From Vitrella brassicaformis CCMP3155 (taxonomy: Eukaryota; Protista; Chromerida), in contig CDMY01000318.1 in NCBI GenBank assembly GCA_001179505.1, forward strand, positions 59,215 to 123,214: a DNA stretch of 64,000 nt, written 5' to 3'. A program made the position numbers and the translations under genes. Below are positions 11,422 to 23,743 of the stretch, in pieces. The first letter of the stretch is position 1, and each line of letters opens with the position of its first letter. The notes beneath the pieces are model-generated. The model had not been told where the DNA came from. It saw only the letters and a list, made by a program, of their open reading frames with translations, and did no database searches.

Positions 11422-14400
11422 TCATTGGCCGCCAGCTGTGACTGGCACTCTCCGGCCACCCATCGCGGCCGCAGCAGCTGAGGGGAGGCCCTGGCTGGGC
11501 GGTTGGTCCGCCCTCGGCCGACCGCGAGTGGCCTTGGGCTTCACGGCAGAAGCCGACTTTTCCTCAGGCGCCTGCTCTTCATGTGGCAGAACACGGAACG
11601 TCTGATGCAGCACCACATACACCACAACACGCGGTCTGCACCTGCACAGCGCTGTGGCGGCCTCTCTCAGCTCAGATACCTTGATGTGTGGTGCGATAGC
11701 CTTGAGGCCCCCCCTGTAGCGCATGTGCAGCGGGGACGGCCGCGAACAGAACTCCTCAAACAGCGTGACCCTCTCGTCAACAGGGAGCAGCCGTGTGGCC
11801 TCCCCCCTCCCGGCCTTCTCACGCACATGGTGCGGCAGGTGCGGGTGCAGCAGACGGTCGAACAGATGGGGCAGCGTCAGCGAGTCGATGGCCGAGTAGC
11901 GCACCTGGTCTTTACTGAGCGGGCGGAATCCCCATGAAGAGCACTGCTCCGTCTTGTCCAGAGTGTGGCCGAGGATGGACCAGCAGGCGCCTTTCAGACC
12001 TTTGATTGCCGTCTTGGGCAGACCAATAGTCTTGGCCGCTGACCTGCACACGTGCACATGAACCGAGAGATGAGAGAGAATGCACGGCCGGCTGGCTCCT
12101 TTGTTCTCTTGGGTGCCTGCCGGTGTTTCACTCACTTGGACAGCTCGTGAAGGTCGACCAGTTTGTTGAGCCGCTTGAAGCACGACATGTGGGGATAAGA
12201 CGCCGCCAGACGACGGACCTGCCACACAGGGAGACAGACACATGTGCCCACAGAAAGGCAGCACTTGGTGTGTGGGTGCCCTTACGTCTCCGGCGCAAGA
12301 GTAGCCAACTTTGAGGATGCCATAGGATCGGAACAGCTCGCCCAGCACCTTGTCGAGCGCCGCCTCCCTCTCAGTCAATGTCACACCCTGACATCCAGCA
12401 CACAAAATAAGACACACACAACAGCCGCCGTCAATCACGCCACCCGCCCACACAGTAGTCCTGCCCACTCGCTTCTTACCTCCTGCTGCTGATCGTCGCC
12501 GGACGGCGAGTCCCCGTTGCCGTCTCGCTGCTGCTGGTCGACCCCAATGTGCCTGTCCACCCTCTCATGGTGCTCAGTCAGCACCGGCGGCTCATCGGCA
12601 CCCTCTCCCTCGGTCTGCCTCGTCTTCTCCCGGTCCCTCTCCCGATCTCGCTCCACCTGTGCCTTATCGCGGCACCACCATAGCATGTCGATGACCCACG
12701 CCTTGTCCCTCGTCGCCAGGCTGAGGACGGCAACCCTCTCAGGGTTGGCCATCCGGTGCTCGTGCACCCAATCGGACACTTGGGGGGCGTCCCATAGCAC
12801 AGCGGGGGGCATCGGCGTCCGCTTGCTGTGCGTGAGGAAGGTGGGCTGCCACTCGGCGTCGAAGCCGACGCATGAGGGGAGCCGGAGGGCCGTGTGTGTG
12901 AGCGAGTCGTTGAAGGGCGCCATCTGGTCTGCATCGTGGAAGCCGTTGGCGTGTCTCTCGCTGTGCCGCGTGCCGGTGCTGGTGAAGTTGGCGAGAGGAA
13001 ACCCCTCTTTGCGCTCGGCTCGCAGGTCGGCCCTCATCTGGCGCAGCTTCTGGAAGCTGTCAACGACCACGACGGCATCGTCCGTGAGACCCAGGTGCCC
13101 CAGCGTGAGGAACTCATCCTCTCCGCTTTGCTCATGCAACAGCATCGGCAGCTGCAGATGGTCGTGAGCATTGGCATGTGGAGGCCGTCCCTGACCCTCC
13201 TCCAGGCCCCTAGTTTCCCTGTCCGCTGCCACTGCGTCGGCAAAGAACCCCTGGCCACCAAACGCCGCCAAGAGGTCGGGGTCTTCGCTCTTCACTTGTC
13301 GCTCGGCCCTCGCTGCCGCAGCCGCCCTTGCTGCTGCTGCCGCTGGGCCCCACTCCTGCTGCGGAGCCCGCTGCTGCCGTCTTGCTGCTGGCACGACAGG
13401 GGGTCCACGGGGGATGGAACCGGGGGCTGGGGATGAGACGGGTGGTGCCTCGTCTGCCGGTGTCACAGGTTCGTCCTCATCCGTGACCGACAGATCGGCT
13501 TCGACGTCTTTGAGTATCTCGCAGCTGACGCATATGACGTCGAGAGCTGGAGAGGACGACGCAGGGAGGCCGTCCTGCTGTTGCCCCCTGTCACGATACC
13601 GGGGGATGCCCGTGATGTACACACGCTGCCCTGGGCGGAGCGACCTGACCAACGCACCGGCGGGAACGGACAGGCAGCATTGTGTGTGTGTGGGTGTGCC
13701 AGATGTCTGTACCCACCAGCTCACCTCATCAGCTGAGTTGCTCTGTCCTCACCCAGACGCCTGAAGAGCCCCCACAAGCAAACCAACATGTAGGTGCGAC
13801 TGATCTGAAGCCTGTCTGTGGGTCCCTCGTGTGCCGCGCCTGACCTGATGAGAGTGTGTCCGACAATAAGCTGCACCTCCATGCACTGGCTGGGGTCCCT
13901 GACGCTGCGCCATGCCTTGCGGCTGTGGCAGAGCTGCTCGCTGGCGGGGGCGTCGTCCTCGTAGGGGTCGGGGGGCGGCACCAGCTCCGCAAACACGAGA
14001 CGTTTCGACATCATCCGCTTGGACGCCACCACAGCCACCTGTGTCATCCATGGGAGGCAGAAACGGAGGGAGGGAAGAGGCCATGCAACCGTGCTGGGAT
14101 GAGTGGATGGCTTCTGTGGCTTGAGTGAGTGGCTGACCAGGTGTATGGTCTCTGAGAACACGTCGACCGTAGGCAGCCGCGCCACCCTCTCCATCCTCGT
14201 GGTCGCTGTCGTGTTCCCGTCACCTGGCTCGAACCCGTTGACCACCGTGGGTGCACTCACCACACCCTGCTGCTGCTGCTGCTGCTGAGGGTGCTGTGGG
14301 GTGAACGTCATGCCGGTCCACAGCCCGACAGCCGAGGAGCTCGCAGGGAGAGTGAACGAGCTGCTCTCCACAAACGGGTGGTCCTCCACAGTTGCATCTC

Positions 14401-15783
14401 CCCCATTCTCACTCCTGAGAGTGCTGAACACCGCCAAAGCCCCACTGACGCCACTCATCAGCACCGCTGCCCCTTCCTCTCGCTCGAGCTCTGGCGGATC
14501 GGGCGGCGTTTCTGCCCTCTCTTGAGTCTCATGTGTTGCGTCTTGTTGCCCCCTAGAGTGTGGTGGTGTCAGGTGAAAAGGCGGCCGCCGGGGAAAATCG
14601 TCAACGGGATCGCTAGATGAAGCTTCTGCTACTGGAGCTGCCTCTGGAGCCGCTCCTGGTGCTGCTGGTGGCGGGGGAGGCGGTGGTGACCTGTATGGTC
14701 CGCTGTCGGTGGCTTGCGGCACCGAATGGGGGACGGAGGAGGAGGGGGGCCGACGGATGACGTCACGGATGTCGGCGCGGGTTACCTCGGCCAGCAGCCT
14801 GGAACACAACACAGAGGGCTCATGAGTGTGTCATGCATTGATGCTGTTAGGTCAGTCATTCGCCTCGTTGCTCACTTTGGCGACAGTTGCATCCTGAGGT
14901 CTGGGTGTGCCGCCCCCGCGTATACGTAGGCCTCCTGCATCAGCCGGGTGTCGATGAGCGTCCTCAGCGGGGTCCGGTGGCCGAAGGGCGGCACAAGGCC
15001 CATCTTGCATCCAGTGATGTACTCGGCATACAGGGGGTCGGCGAGCTTGAGGCTCTCGGGAGCGATAGACAAATAAGAGGCTGCACACATGGCAAGGGGC
15101 AAACAGAAGCATGAGTCATATGTGTGTCCGTCTGCTCATAGCGCGTGTGTGCGTGTGCATCATTTGTCAGTCGCTGTGTGTCTTACCAAGACGGTCACGG
15201 TCGACGCGGTGGTGGGACGCCAGCACAATGAGCACAGGACACATACCCCACTCCTCCACTACAAACACCTGCACACACGATACGATACGCACTCTCTCTG
15301 TCGCATGTGACTGCACCGACATGACTTCGTGCCACCTACCAGTGACTTGGCCCTCTGCCCGCTGCTCACGTCCACCAAGTCCACCTCAGCCGCATCCAGG
15401 AACCTCACATAGCGCTCCTCAGACTGAGGAGACTCCTCCTCGTCAAACACATATGCGATGCCGTTGCTGTCAAGGAATCCTCTCATAAAATCCGGCAACA
15501 GGGCTGCCCGGTCCCTCCACTTGGTTCCCTGCACCGACTGCCGAGCCGCAGGGGACGCTCGCCGCCTCGGCTGCCGAGCCACGTTCGCGTGTGAAGGCAG
15601 AAATGCAATGACGCCGGATGGCCGAGAGAACCGCAGCGGCTTCTCGCCTTGCAACGCGGGAAGGATCAAGAGAAGGAAGAAGCAGAGCATCAGCGCTGTT
15701 CGTGATGGCGGCACAGGCAGGCAGATGGCCTTGCAGATCTTGGTCATCCGCGTATGTAACCGCCGCCTCCGTAGGCGATTCAT
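11422..15783 (-). CDS. Multidomain protein: targeting leader + YbaK/ProX-like tRNA-editing domain + OB-fold + DEDDy 3'-5' exonuclease (EXD3/Mut-7/RNase D-like)
   Basis: Exons join in frame across GT-AG introns: AKSL/VFVVEEWGMCPVLIVLASHHRVDRDRL/...LKLADPLYAEYITGCKMGLVPPFGHRTPLRTLIDTRL...YAGAAHPDLRMQLSPK/LLAEVTRADIRDV (YbaK); VAVVASKRMMSKRLVFAEL...EVQLIVG...SLRPGQRVYITGIPR (OB-fold); VGFDAEW, KVGYSCAGD and QVRYSAIDSL (Exo I-III). Confidence 0.85.
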
Positions 15784-15862
15784 CCATCAATTACAAGCAG
15801 GCTGCAGATCTCCTCTCCTTTTTCGTCGCCCACAGCGAGCTTGCCTTCATCCTCGACCGAAA

Positions 15863-18800
15863 ATGCACTCCTTTCCCGCATCAAATTTCGTCGTTCTCTT
15901 GATTGGGCTGTGGACGACATGTAAGCAGCTTCGAAGACAAGCAAACAATTCATCTCCCCCCCCGCGTTGCTGTGGCGCCTTGTCGTGTCATTTGCACTGC
16001 AGGCAACGCCACAGACTCAGAGTGGGACTTCCATTTCAGTACGGAACGCTTTGAAAGGAGGCGAGCCTCACAACATGCGACGCCTTCATGTGTGTCTGTG
16101 TGCAGAAGAGTTCCCAAATACTACCTGTGAAAATGATGGAGGGACCGGCAACCCGCCAGGGGGCAGATATTTCGAGTGGGCCGTAGACACAGAGGATGCT
16201 CTCTCGTCGGACACACAGCTAAGATGTGTGCAGGTATACAGACGGTATCCCACTTCATGGCGTCACGTTGGATCCGACCATTCCTGAGGTAGACACAGAA
16301 GACAGGAAGCAAGAATGCGCTGCGCTGCGCCTGGCACACCCCTGTTGCTCAGGCTTTGAGCTGCGTGTGAGGCCCTTGTACCTATGCAAGCAGGGACGCA
16401 CACGCATACATCTCTTCGTGTGGGTGCAGACGGACAGCGCGAGGATCTGCGAAATACATCACAGCGTCGCTACTCCCGCATCGACCCCCTCGCCCAACGC
16501 AACGTGCGTCCAGAAGAAAGAGAACGGCACTGCATCGACTGCATGTATGTCGCACACACATACATGTCACGGCAGACAATTACAAATCATACGCGTCACG
16601 AAAGATGATAATCATTACAGATGTGTTTGTGCAGTAAACAGGATCACGGGTTCGTGTCGCCATGGTGACGAGGTGCCGCTGTTCGCCCTCGCAGATGTGA
16701 GCTCCTGGGACATCGGTGATGCTGACTGGAAAAGGCGAATGTGGTGCTCAGAAGAGTGCTTTCAAGACAGGTACATCCGTTGAAGCTGACACATCACCAA
16801 TAATTGAGAGACATGTCCATGCAGGCGTTGTACTGGCATGGAGCACACAAGAAAAGATCACGCTCCCGAGTGTCGCCTGTATTATTCACTAATTGGCTCG
16901 GCTGATGGAGATTCCACCCGTTTCTGCTACTACAAAGCGCACCTGCCTGTGGCATCCATCGTGAATCCTCTTCCCATCTACAACGACACGCCGATCTGAC
17001 AATCGATTTCGGCGAGCCCGTGTCAGCTGGCTTTGCGACGGCCGATCAGCAGTCTAACGTGACCAACGGCACTTTGACTGACATGAGGTATATACAAACC
17101 TATCGTCACATGAGTGTGGCCAGTGTTCATGTGTGCAGGCCGGTGGCTGGCAATGACACGCTCTATGAAGCCGAGATTGTGCCTGACCCGCCAAATGGCG
17201 ACGAGAACGTGACCTATATGCAGCTGACCGTCATGCAGGGCATTGTGCAGGTACATTGCACGTCTTATGCGCACCTGCAGACATGAAACACTGTCTCACA
17301 CATGTCACTAATGCGCAGGACGCGTATGGCAACCCAAATTCTAACACCAACTTCACATTTCAATACGCCTACGGTACACGCAGCCCACGCCCTCTGCATG
17401 GACACACGTAGTGCGTCCTGGCTTCGCATTTGCCTGCCTACTATGCTATTGGGATGTGTGCGCATGCAGTCGCTCCATCTCCCACACCTGTCGTCTCTTC
17501 CACGACGCCGACGCCTATGGTACCTTATGGTGCTGAGAGAAGAGCTCGGTACATCTTTTAAATGTCTGTCTGTCCCTGAATTATAGGTCACAACATCTAT
17601 GCCTCCCGTTGTCTCCACTGTCACATCTGAATCCAGTCCTGCAAGGTGAACTTCATGAATGGGAAATAGACGGCTGAATATATTCCGAAATCCCTCATTT
17701 CTCAGCGCGACCCCCATGCCGGAGGCAACTACACTACTTGCCACGACCATAACACCCACCACGACTACCCCCATGCCCGAGACAACTACCTTACTCGCCA
17801 CGACCATAATACCCACCACGACTACCTCCATGCTCACCACAACCGCCTTGCCCATCGCAACCACGACCACTTCCACACCCACCACGACCAGCATACTGAT
17901 GCCACAAGATACAACTTCGACATCGTCCGAGATCCCACAGAGCACAACAAGTGGACCGACTTCTGCTCAGGCCTTCTCAACAACTGCTCTGCCAGAAACT
18001 ACAAGTATTTTGACATCTTCGGATATCCCACAGGGCACAACAGCTCTATGGACTTCTACCGATGATCCTTCGACTACAAGCACGCCGCCGGCAGCCACAA
18101 GTCCCTCTGCTCCAATTGAGACTTCCTCTGATCTCGCTGACCCTTTTCCTGACCTAACCACTACTACTCAGCCCAGCACAATCATCTTGCCCGGCACGAT
18201 TAGTTTGCCCAGTGCGACTACCCTGCCACAGGATAGCAGCTCGACATCGGCAGAGATTCCACAGAGCACAACAAGTACACCGAATTTTATTAACATCTCC
18301 TCACATACAACGACAATTATGCCAGAAGCTGCAAGCGGTCAAGAGCTTGTGAAAGAGCTGGACGAGATTCTTGATTCGGCCACTCCCCAACATAGCCAAC
18401 CAGACGGTCAGATCCTTGTCGCCCAACAGTTGCAGGACCTTGCTGTTAAGGCTGCCGAGAGCGACTTTGAACAAGATGAGCTGGTGGATTTCCTTGGCAA
18501 GCTGACAAGTATCATTGCGCCGACTGACCACACCAGCGCCAAGCTTCAGCTGAAAATATCGGCTCATGTGATGAATGCCGTTGTGGAAAAAGTCTTTAAC
18601 AATGCTACTGATGCCAAAGATGGCAATGGAACTGATGCCACTAACGTATTGTCCCTCATGGTAAAGGAAGAATGTGGCCTGTCAATCATTCCTCTGTGCT
18701 TTTTGATCCGCTGCAGAACACGGTGTACGAAGATATCAGTACACTCGCCAGGTAAGGGGTACGACACACCTTCACACTGGAACGTACGTACGTGTGTGTC

Positions 18801-21800
18801 GTCTGTGTGTGTGTGTAGGGATTACTCATTAGAATACGAGCATACAGACGGTAACTTTTCGATCAAATGCATGGTTCTGAAAGAGGACAACAAGACGAGC
18901 GGCATCAAGAGGGTGAGGCATGGAATGAGTAAGGCACAGACTGAAACACACTCAGACGATTGTACCCAGACAATGACTTTGCGATATGGGCTTTTGTCTG
19001 TAGAGACGCGTCTTCCTGTCTCCTCCAAGCTTGACTCATGCTACCCATGCCATAATAATGGAGCTCCCCACAAACCCGTATTCGGCGAAACACACCCCTG
19101 CAGACGCCTTGGTTCTCGATACAGCCATCACCGTGGACCTGTGGAGAAACAAGACCAAACTACACGACTTGGGCAACGCCTCGGTGGTGTTGACATTTCC
19201 TTGCGGAAACTCGACTGCTCAAGTTAGGAGAGGACAACCATTCTGCATGCAGTGGGATGAACAAGCCGAGCAGTACGTCGATGCTCATTGCGACGCGTCG
19301 GCGGCTAATGAATCGATTGAGGTCCGTTCTGCACCTGCATTGACAAACAAAATAGCGGACACCTTCGCGTTCTGTTTCTGCCAGTGTTCGTGTAGTCATC
19401 TTTCGACCTTCGCAGCTGCAATATTTGTGCCTGTGCCTACCCAGAGGCCAAGCGGCGCTTCGAATCCATCGATTATCTTCGACCCGGCAGCTCTGCTGGC
19501 TATGCTCAAGGCGGGTACGCTGGGCCAAAGAGTATATGTACACTTGTATACATTCATGCATCGACCGCTTATGTCGACAGGCAACATCGGCCTCTTGTTC
19601 GTCGCCCTTTCCTGCGCCTTTCTAATTGTCCCTGTTATGGCGCTGCTGCTGCGGGTGAATAACTAGTTTAGATGTGTCTGGGGATACACAATTATATGTA
19701 CACATATGTCTCTTCGCATATGCGCATACAGGATCGAAATGATTGGCTGCCGACGAAGGATCGACATCCATTCTTTTTCCATGACACCTTCGAGAGGAGG
19801 AAAAACTTCTCAAGTGGTATCTGTGTTCTGATGCCTGAAGTCAGATTTCTGGTAAGTACGTGTCGACGTGCACTGGGCACAGAGAACACAAACAAAGCAG
19901 CTGCTTATATGGTTGTCGTGGCAGGGGTGCTGCAGCATCGGTCCTCTCTACCTGACAACATCGCGACTCGTCATCCTACCCTTGCTGCCGCTCTTCCTTC
20001 TGTGCAACATTCTTTGGCCAGTAAGAGCACGAAAGAAGCAATCGGACTCAGGGGACCATCCGTCGGCGATCAAAGATGCTCTGGTGGCCATCCGAGAGTC
20101 GCGAAGGAAAGGCGGACATGAGAAAGCAGATGTTTTCACTTTGGCGGTCCTGAAGGAGATTGAGCAGCAAAGGCACAGCAAGACTGCCGTGCGGCTGTCT
20201 CGAGCCACCGTGGGGACCAAGAGACACCAGCGGCTGTCCAACAAGCAGAAGAGAGAGGAGCACCGGTTGGAGCAGCTCGATGTTCTTCTCATGCCGAGCC
20301 AGATATCCATCGACCACGCACAAAAATCGGAAAAGATGAAGACAAACACCCCACCGCAGGCAAGACGGCATTCGCGGCAGGAAGCGAGGAAACCAGAGAT
20401 AGAAGATATCCAACTTCCCCACCAGAGCGACATTTCGGTGCCCCCGCCCGCGGCTGTGAGTGTGTTTGTGTTGAGAGAGGAGACACAGGAGCCCTTCTAC
20501 ATGTGGACGTTGGAGCACGTAATCTTCCTCCATCCCGCGAGCCACTTTACAGACAGGAAGGTGGGCGAAGCAGACGAGCATACAACATGAGTCTGCTATG
20601 GCTTTTCTCTATGCTGTGTTTGGTCAGTGGCGTCACTTGATCGACACCAATGGAGTGAGCCATAGCCGCTGATCATCATTGCCTGTTCAATCTTGCCTTT
20701 CATGCTTGCTTGCTTTTGCAGCCACTCAAGGCGATAGAGCTCGACGACATTCACACAATCGAGCAGGATCAACATGCGGTGTCACTGTACGACCGAGACC
20801 ACACCCTGCTGCTGTCCCTCCAGCCGACCAACAACGACAGAGACCTGCTGATGGGCCGAGCCAGCGAGGATCAAACATCTAACATCTTAGCTAGCTGCTC
20901 GATGGCTCCGCCAGAACCGTTTCAAGAGACATCTGTCAAGCAGGACAGCCTCTTGATCCCACTTGCCTCCCAAAGTGATGAGCAGCTGAAGCCGTCGGTG
21001 TTCTCCTCCACTCCACCCTCCGTCCATGAGATGACCGAAGCGCAGCAGGACCCGCACGTAACGTTGGTCCCCAGCGGCGGAGCAGCGGTGGCCCAAGTCA
21101 TCCGTGCGGCGAAAGAGGCGAGGAAAATCCTGTTAGAGAGCTATGCGGGAGAAGCTGAGGCTGAGGAAAAAGCAGCAAGCGCCTTCTCTCTTGATGGCCC
21201 AGTGGTGTGTTCGGCCTGCTTCTGCATGGTCAATGATCAATGCGCACACATCTGGTGGACTCATGACGGATTGGTAAGCCCAACTGGTCCTCCAATATGC
21301 GGAGACAGGCACGATTCTTTTGGTTCAGGTGCTCAATGTGGCCTCGGACGATTCAGACCTGACCCACGGCTACTTCGTGGAGGACATGTCAGAACCGACA
21401 CTTGAGGAGACGGCCGTCTTCCTCGGCACCATGAGAGTAAGGGCGTATATGCTGAAACGAGATCCGTGTTTTCTGCTCTCTCTGTCTCACCAGCTGACAT
21501 TCACCGATCCCCTCACTGCCGAGTCCTTTAGCCGCGTCATCGCCTACCTGAAGTCCCAACAAATATCAGATGGCCAGGAGGGGGCGCTGCAGAAACAGAT
21601 ACGTGATACCATCAGGAGCTTCTACACGGGCACCGAGTCGCAGCGGCCCTCTGTGGCCTCTGACGGTGGCAAGACCAACACGCCACTGGTGATGACGCAA
21701 AGAGAGACAGTATTGGGGAGACGTGAAAGCAGTGCTGTGCCTTCTGTCAGGCAAAGGCCGCTGCTGATCGATTACAATACCAGCGGTGGAGAAATAGGAA

Positions 21801-23011
21801 GATTCTCACGCAAGTTGCGAAGAGGGATCATCCCCTGCTATCCTCGTGAGCGGACGACAAGAAGCGTGTCTGCAATGTGTCTCTTGCCTGTTGCAGGCTT
21901 ACATACAACCCCTTTTCCACTCGTGCTCAGCGCTTTGGGGCGTTGGAAGCATCTTTGATAGGCATGATCACCATCTCTTCCCTCTTCTTCTGGTCCAATT
22001 GCGCCACCGTCCATATTATCGGACACCAGATTGACCCGTATGTCGACTCGAGCTTCCTCCACTTGTCCCGCGCGTGTAACTCTCCCACAGTGAAGCATCT
22101 GCCGTCCGCTGCCACGGTGACTGTGTCGGTGTTGTCCTTTGTCATCGCCTCCGCTGTCGGCTTCGTCATCTATGCGCTCTTCGAGAGATTTGTGATTGAA
22201 GTGAGGAAAGAACGGAGAAAGAGAGATACGTGTGTGCTCGCGTATGTCTCGGTTCTCTTGCAGGATGAGATGTCTGCTGCAGAGAAGGAAATGCAGATTC
22301 ACCTTTGGAGGGTGATGGACTTGATTGGCTGGGCGCTCTGGACATCGTGGAATGTCGCGTGTGTTGGATGGAATGTCCTGTTTATTTCGGTAAGCAAACC
22401 GATAAGGCGCTATCTATGTCATGTCGTGAGTGTGCCCGCCTTATGCAAATGGATACATACCGGCTATCATGTGCAAACTGCGTGCACAGCCCAGTGAACC
22501 CTCCTCTCTCTCTTTCTATGTATGTGTTGCAGAACCAGCAAGATGTGTTGATCGGTCAGTGGATGTGGGCCTCACTTCTTGGTGGCGCTTACCGGTCAGT
22601 CAGTCAGCAGCCCGCACACGAGGTGTATGTGTCAACACGGTATTATCCCCGCCTTTGTTGGTTGGATGCAGTTTGCTCCTCTTCCCTTCCCTGAACATTT
22701 TGTCGATTTCTGTCGTCCTCATCGTCTCCAAATACACCCCTCTCTTCGACAGCATATTCATCTACATGCCCTCTGTCTCCAATTTCCCTTATATCCCCCC
22801 GCAGCAACAACCCCAGAGCACAGTCCGGAGGAGGTCTCTGGTCAGTGACAAAATCAGCGGGGCCAAGAAAAAGGACTCGTATGCGGAAGAGGAGGTAGAG
22901 CGGTCAGCGAGTGAGTTGAGTTCGGAGGACGAGAACACGACCAATCGAGGGAGAAGAGCGTCCATCGGTCAGCTGCAGCGGCTCTCCGTCGGCTCTATAG
23001 GCGAGATATGA
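15863..23011 (+). CDS. GPS/GAIN-domain polycystin-1-like (adhesion-type) multipass membrane protein
   Basis: Signal peptide (MHSFPASNFVVLLIGLW), Cys-rich PAN/Apple-like segment, Ig-like segment, Thr-rich stalk (17659-18350), GPS motif FCMQWDEQ...HC...CSCSHLSTFAA (~19240-19415), TM1 right after it, long cytoplasmic loop, then PKD1-like HPFSTRAQRFGAL and at least four more TM segments. Stop at 23011. Confidence 0.78.
17716..17850 (+). repeat. 57-nt coding tandem repeat (MPEATTLLATTITPTTTTP) in mucin-like stalk
   Basis: Repeat units begin at the ATGs at 17716, 17773 and 17830 (third unit degenerate). A second motif, PQDxxSTSxEIPQSTTS, recurs near 17900 and 18224. Confidence 0.85.
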
Positions 23012-23681
23012 ATGACACACACACACACTGTGCAGGCAGTATACGCATTTTTCGGTGAGTCAGTCGGTAGAGAGCATAGACTCTTGTAGTCTGCCTGGAC
23101 AAGTGTTCGGTTGTTCAAAAGCGTACAGAGAGGTAGCTGTTACTGTGTATGGTAGGCAGTCCAGGGTGTGTCTCTGCCTCTGCAGCTGTGTGTGTGTCTA
23201 TCTGGCCAGAGTAGAGGTTTGTTTGTGGGAAAGTAGCGCCCATGTTCGCTGGCGTGGCGTCTCGTACAGCACGCTCGCTGCATGACTGCACGTGACGTGC
23301 AGAGCACGCCTGTGTGTATCTGCCCATGTGTACGTACGTGTCTCTCGCTGCACTCGTGTACGTACGTACGGACGTTGCCTCTCTATGTATGTGCGCATAT
23401 GCAATTTCTCTGCAAGAGTGACAAAATCGCCCTTGTGCGTGCGACTAGCTACTGTCTGTACGGGGGAGGAGGTGCTTCGGGGGCTTGGTGTTTCATATAG
23501 GACTGAATTCTTGAATGCCGCGGCAAAGTCGATGAAGGTTACGGCAAATGCGAATTCGGAATCCTCTCAAGCGGACTTTTGTTAGTCAGGCAGAGTCTGT
23601 CGTCTCTCATGAAGTGAACTGTGCCAATCGACAAACTCTCAATCAGGCGAACATGCCAGCACCATCCTCAGCGCCCGTGTG

Positions 23682-23712
<31 letters not shown>

Positions 23713-23743
23713 TACACAAAAACACACACTTTCACGCCAGATA

